A DNA stretch of 62,272 bases from Patescibacteria group bacterium (lineage in GTDB: Bacteria; Bacteroidota; Ignavibacteria; Kapaibacteriales; Kapaibacteriaceae), in assembly GCA_044376225.1 (NCBI GenBank), contig JBILLF010000006.1, positions 1-62,272 of the forward strand, written 5' to 3'. The translations under genes were made by a program, and so were the position numbers. Positions 59,282 through 62,272 of the stretch are shown piece after piece (position 1 is the first letter of the stretch; each line of letters begins with the position of its first letter). The notes under the pieces are model-generated. The model did no database searches and was not told the origin of the DNA. It saw nothing but the letters and a program-made list of their open reading frames with translations.

Positions 59282-59310
59282 GTCAGAAAAATACATCGTA
59301 TTTCCGACAT
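59280..59310. promoter_or_regulatory. Imperfect inverted repeat, probable AbiEi operator
   Basis: ATGTCAGAAAAATAC-ATC-GTATTTCCGACAT. Confidence 0.55.
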
Positions 59311-59393
59311 TTTCAATCATAACAACTGATTCGGCAGCCATAATCCCCGTATTTTCGTGCCACACTCTCCGCCCCGTACCAAGGACACACCCC

Positions 59394-60326
59394 ATGAACA
59401 AGATCGGACTCTTATTCGGCATGGAACAGTCGTTCCCGCCAGCGCTGGTGGAGGAGATCAATGCACGCCATGCCGGGGTGGCCGCTGAATTCGTCAAGAT
59501 TGGGGCGGTAACGTTGGAGTCGCTCTTCGAGTATGATGTGATCCTGGACCGTATCTCGCAGGACGTGCCGTATTACCGTGCCATGCTGAAGCTGGCCGCT
59601 CTTAACGGTGTCCGTGTGGTCAACAACCCGTTCTGGTGGTCAGCCGACGACAAGTTCTTCAACTACGCGCTGGCCGATAAAGTGGGCATTCCGGTGCCGC
59701 GCACGGCCTTGCTTCCGAGTAAGAACCACCCGCCGGACACCACCGCAGAGTCGTTTCGTAATCTGACCTATCCACTGAACTGGCAGGAGATCTTCGACCA
59801 CGTGGGCTTTCCGGCCTATCTCAAGCCATTCGATGGAGGGGGCTGGAAGCACGTGTATAAGGTCACTTCGATCGATGAGTTCTTTACGGCGTACTCGGAA
59901 ACGCAAGACATCGTGATGACCCTGCAGGAAGGGATCGAATTCACCGAATACTACCGCTGCTACTGCATCGGGAAGAAGCACGTGCGCATCATGCCCTATG
60001 AGCCCCGTAACCCTCATCATCTTCGCTATCAAGCCGGCTTTGCGCCAACACCGGAAATGCTTGCTCGGCTCGAAGAGTACTGCATCAAGATCTGCACGAT
60101 GCTGGGCTATGAATTCAACACCATCGAATTCGCTGTCCGCGATGGCATCCCTTACGCTATCGACTACATGAACCCTGCCCCCGATGCCGAACGCACATCG
60201 GTTCAGGAAGACAACTTCCAGTGGGTCCTCAAAACAACCGCTGACTACCTCATCGAACTTGCCCAACAAGGCCGCCGCGTTCCTACGGAATACAGTTGGA
60301 GCAAGATGATGACAGGTGATAAGTGA
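59394..60326 (+). CDS. ATP-grasp (RimK/glutathione-synthetase-like) protein
   Basis: KIGLLFGME, NNPFWWSADDKFF, PAYLKPFDGGGWK, LQEGI, IEFAVRDG..IDYMNPAPD. Confidence 0.85.
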   Translation: MNKIGLLFGMEQSFPPALVEEINARHAGVAAEFVKIGAVTLESLFEYDVILDRISQDVPYYRAMLKLAALNGVRVVNNPFWWSADDKFFNYALADKVGIPVPRTALLPSKNHPPDTTAESFRNLTYPLNWQEIFDHVGFPAYLKPFDGGGWKHVYKVTSIDEFFTAYSETQDIVMTLQEGIEFTEYYRCYCIGKKHVRIMPYEPRNPHHLRYQAGFAPTPEMLARLEEYCIKICTMLGYEFNTIEFAVRDGIPYAIDYMNPAPDAERTSVQEDNFQWVLKTTADYLIELAQQGRRVPTEYSWSKMMTGDK

Positions 60327-60510
60327 CGAGAGACGAGAGACGAGAGACGAGAGACGGGCCATTGATTTACTAGCCCCGGGCCTTGGCCCGGGGAAACGAG
60401 AAAATGAGATAGCCCCGGGCCTTGGCCCGGGGAAACGAGAAAATGAGATAGCCCCGGGCCTTGGCCCGGGGAAACGAGAAAATGGAATAGCCCCGGGCCG
60501 TAGCCCGGGG
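60325..60510. repeat. GACGAGA heptamer run plus four 39-bp tandem units with the TAGCCCCGGGCCTTGGCCCGGGG palindrome
   Basis: Read directly; related to 5192-5325. Confidence 0.92.
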
Positions 60511-60529
60511 AAAAATGAGAGCTAAAGAA

Positions 60530-62062
60530 ATGATCATCAATCTCGACGGCATATCGCTCAAGATCGAAGATCTGGAGCGGGTTGCGTTTGACATATCAAT
60601 TCGCATTGACGTTGCGCCCGAGGCACGGGAGAAGGTGCGAGCAGCTCGCGCAGCGGTTGACCGTTGGATCGATGAGGGGCGAGTGATCTACGGCATGACC
60701 ACCGGCTTTGGTGAGTTTGCCAATGTGGCTATTTCGCGCGATGACGTTGAACGGCTACAGGAGAACCTGATCATCTCGCACTCAGCGGGAACGGGTGAGC
60801 CCCTTCCCGAGGCCATCGTTCGAGCAATGATGGTTCTGCGTATCAACGCTCTCGCCAAGGGGCATTCTGGCGTACGAGAGTCGACGCTTGATGCGCTTGT
60901 TGCCATGGTGAACGCCGGCATTGTGCCCTACATTCCGAGTCAGGGCTCGGTTGGATCCAGTGGTGACCTTGCGCCCCTTTCCCATCTCGCTCTGTGTCTG
61001 ATTGGAAGGGGCGAGTGCCTTGTAGATGGAGTTCGCACGCCGAGTGCCGAAGTACTTCGCGCGCATGGCATCGAGCCGGTGCGGCTTGCCGCAAAGGAAG
61101 GCTTGGCACTGATCAACGGCACGCAGATGATGTGTGCCTACGGTGCGCTCACGGTTGCGCGCGCTCGACGCTTGGCCCGCACAGCCGACCTGGCCGGTGC
61201 GATGTCGCTGGATGCGCTTCGTGGATCGGATACAGCATTTGATGAGAGGCTCCATGCTGTGCGTCCGCATCCGGGACAGATGCGTGTGGCCGAAAATCTG
61301 CGAACGCTCGTTGTCGGCAGTCAGATCCGGGAATCCCACCGCACGGGTGACGGAAAGGTGCAGGACGCATACAGTTTGCGATGCATGCCGCAGGTGCATG
61401 GTGCCTCGCGCGATACGATCGAGTACGCTGCGGGCGTGATCGAGCGAGAGATGAACAGCGCAACAGACAACCCGCTCATCTTTGCCGATGACGACGTGCA
61501 CCTTCAAGGCGGCAACTTTCATGGACAGCCCCTTGCCCTTGTGCTGGACTTTCTTGCAATCGCCATGGCGGAGCTGGCAAGCATTTCCGAACGCCGTACC
61601 GAACGAATGGTCAACCACGCTCTTGGTGGACTGCCGCGTTTCCTTACGCGGGAAGGGGGCTTGAACTCGGGCATGATGATCGCGCAGTACACGGCTGCTG
61701 CACTGGTGAGTGAGAACAAAGTGTTGGCGCATCCGGCAAGTGTCGATAGCATTCCAACGTCGGCCAACCAGGAAGACCACAATTCGATGGGCAGTATTGC
61801 CGCACGCAAACTCTGGGATGTGATGCGTAATGTGGAAGCGGTCATTAGCATTGAGGTGTTGTGCGCAAGTCGCGGCATCGAGTTGCTACGTCCACTGCGG
61901 TCGTCAGACATCTTGGAGCGGGCGATGACGGCAGTTCGGCAGGTGGTGGCGTTCACCGAACAGGACGTGGTGCTCTACCACGACATGGAATCGGCCCGTG
62001 CCCTTGTCAGCAGTGGATCGTTGCTAATGGCCGTCGATCCCGATTCTTCGATCATCCGCTAA
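60530..62062 (+). CDS. hutH: Histidine ammonia-lyase
   Basis: YGMTTGFG, LIISH (HAL specificity), GSVGSSGDLAPL, KEGLALING, QDAYSLRC, GGNFHG, NQEDH.SM; start 60530 or 60515. Confidence 0.93.
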   Translation: MIINLDGISLKIEDLERVAFDISIRIDVAPEAREKVRAARAAVDRWIDEGRVIYGMTTGFGEFANVAISRDDVERLQENLIISHSAGTGEPLPEAIVRAMMVLRINALAKGHSGVRESTLDALVAMVNAGIVPYIPSQGSVGSSGDLAPLSHLALCLIGRGECLVDGVRTPSAEVLRAHGIEPVRLAAKEGLALINGTQMMCAYGALTVARARRLARTADLAGAMSLDALRGSDTAFDERLHAVRPHPGQMRVAENLRTLVVGSQIRESHRTGDGKVQDAYSLRCMPQVHGASRDTIEYAAGVIEREMNSATDNPLIFADDDVHLQGGNFHGQPLALVLDFLAIAMAELASISERRTERMVNHALGGLPRFLTREGGLNSGMMIAQYTAAALVSENKVLAHPASVDSIPTSANQEDHNSMGSIAARKLWDVMRNVEAVISIEVLCASRGIELLRPLRSSDILERAMTAVRQVVAFTEQDVVLYHDMESARALVSSGSLLMAVDPDSSIIR

Positions 62063-62069
62063 CAGATCC

Positions 62070-62272
62070 ATGCATATCCAGTGGCACTCTTCACCGGTTG
62101 ATGCCGTTGAGGCGGCCCTCGAAACGTCAAGGATCAACGGTCTAGACGAGACCTCGATCGCAGAGCGATTGCATCGTCATGGACGCAATGTCTTACCCAA
62201 GGGGCGAGCCGAACACCCGGTGCTTCGCTTTCTGCGGCAGTTCCATGCGCCCCTTGTCTACATTCTCATTGC
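62070..62272 (+). CDS. Cation-transporting P-type ATPase, N-terminal fragment (runs off window)
   Basis: MHIQWH..NGL..ERLHRHGRNVLP..FLRQFHAPLVYILI (Cation_ATPase_N pattern). Confidence 0.85.
   Translation, partial: MHIQWHSSPVDAVEAALETSRINGLDETSIAERLHRHGRNVLPKGRAEHPVLRFLRQFHAPLVYILI

Noticed and set aside
59282-59497. Long overlapping N-termini of the DUF6088 and ATP-grasp ORFs
   Set aside because: Family similarity begins at 59281/59257 and 59394; the gap is a divergent promoter region.
60370-60510. Mini-CRISPR
   Set aside because: Spacers are near-identical and about 16 bp, and there are no cas genes.
60316-60525. Graspetide-like precursor (APGLGPGKRENEI repeats) next to an ATP-grasp gene
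   Set aside because: The repeat is a DNA palindrome with essentially no synonymous variation, and it recurs at 5.2 kb with a 55-bp, out-of-frame period. The leader is heptamer repeat and the ATP-grasp does not look like a graspetide synthetase. Ribosome profiling could overturn this.

Overview
Gene-dense, GC-rich bacterial chromosome window from the Bacteroidota/FCB group, possibly Ca. Kapabacteria-like (inference from SusC/SusD, T9SS C-terminal domains, TAnnTTTG promoters, mitochondrial-type aconitase and Bacteroidota-type RpoZ). Most of it is housekeeping: aconitase, ssb, der, dcd, coaBC, rpoZ, panB, an lpxH-like gene and hutH. Accessory content includes a starch/alpha-glucan utilisation locus with T9SS-secreted components (29.3-42.6 kb), a persulfide-detoxification operon, a VapBC and an AbiE toxin-antitoxin pair, and a VapC remnant. 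The main candidates for something new are four. (1) A co-oriented cluster (52.5-56 kb) encoding a Cyc2-like cytochrome-porin, a Tat/lipoprotein Rieske protein, a CX4CH cytochrome lipoprotein and accessory proteins, which may be an outer-membrane electron conduit. (2) A 33-unit array of covarying C-GNA-G DNA minihairpins (12.5-13.1 kb). (3) 8-bp tandem arrays that flip polarity at a palindromic junction, one of them in-frame inside coaBC, together with REP-like hotspots. (4) A non-catalytic protein with three CBM98-like repeats, and a HIT-membrane-rhodanese fusion. No rRNA, tRNA, CRISPR array or transposase was recognised. All calls are by eye from motifs; no database search was run.
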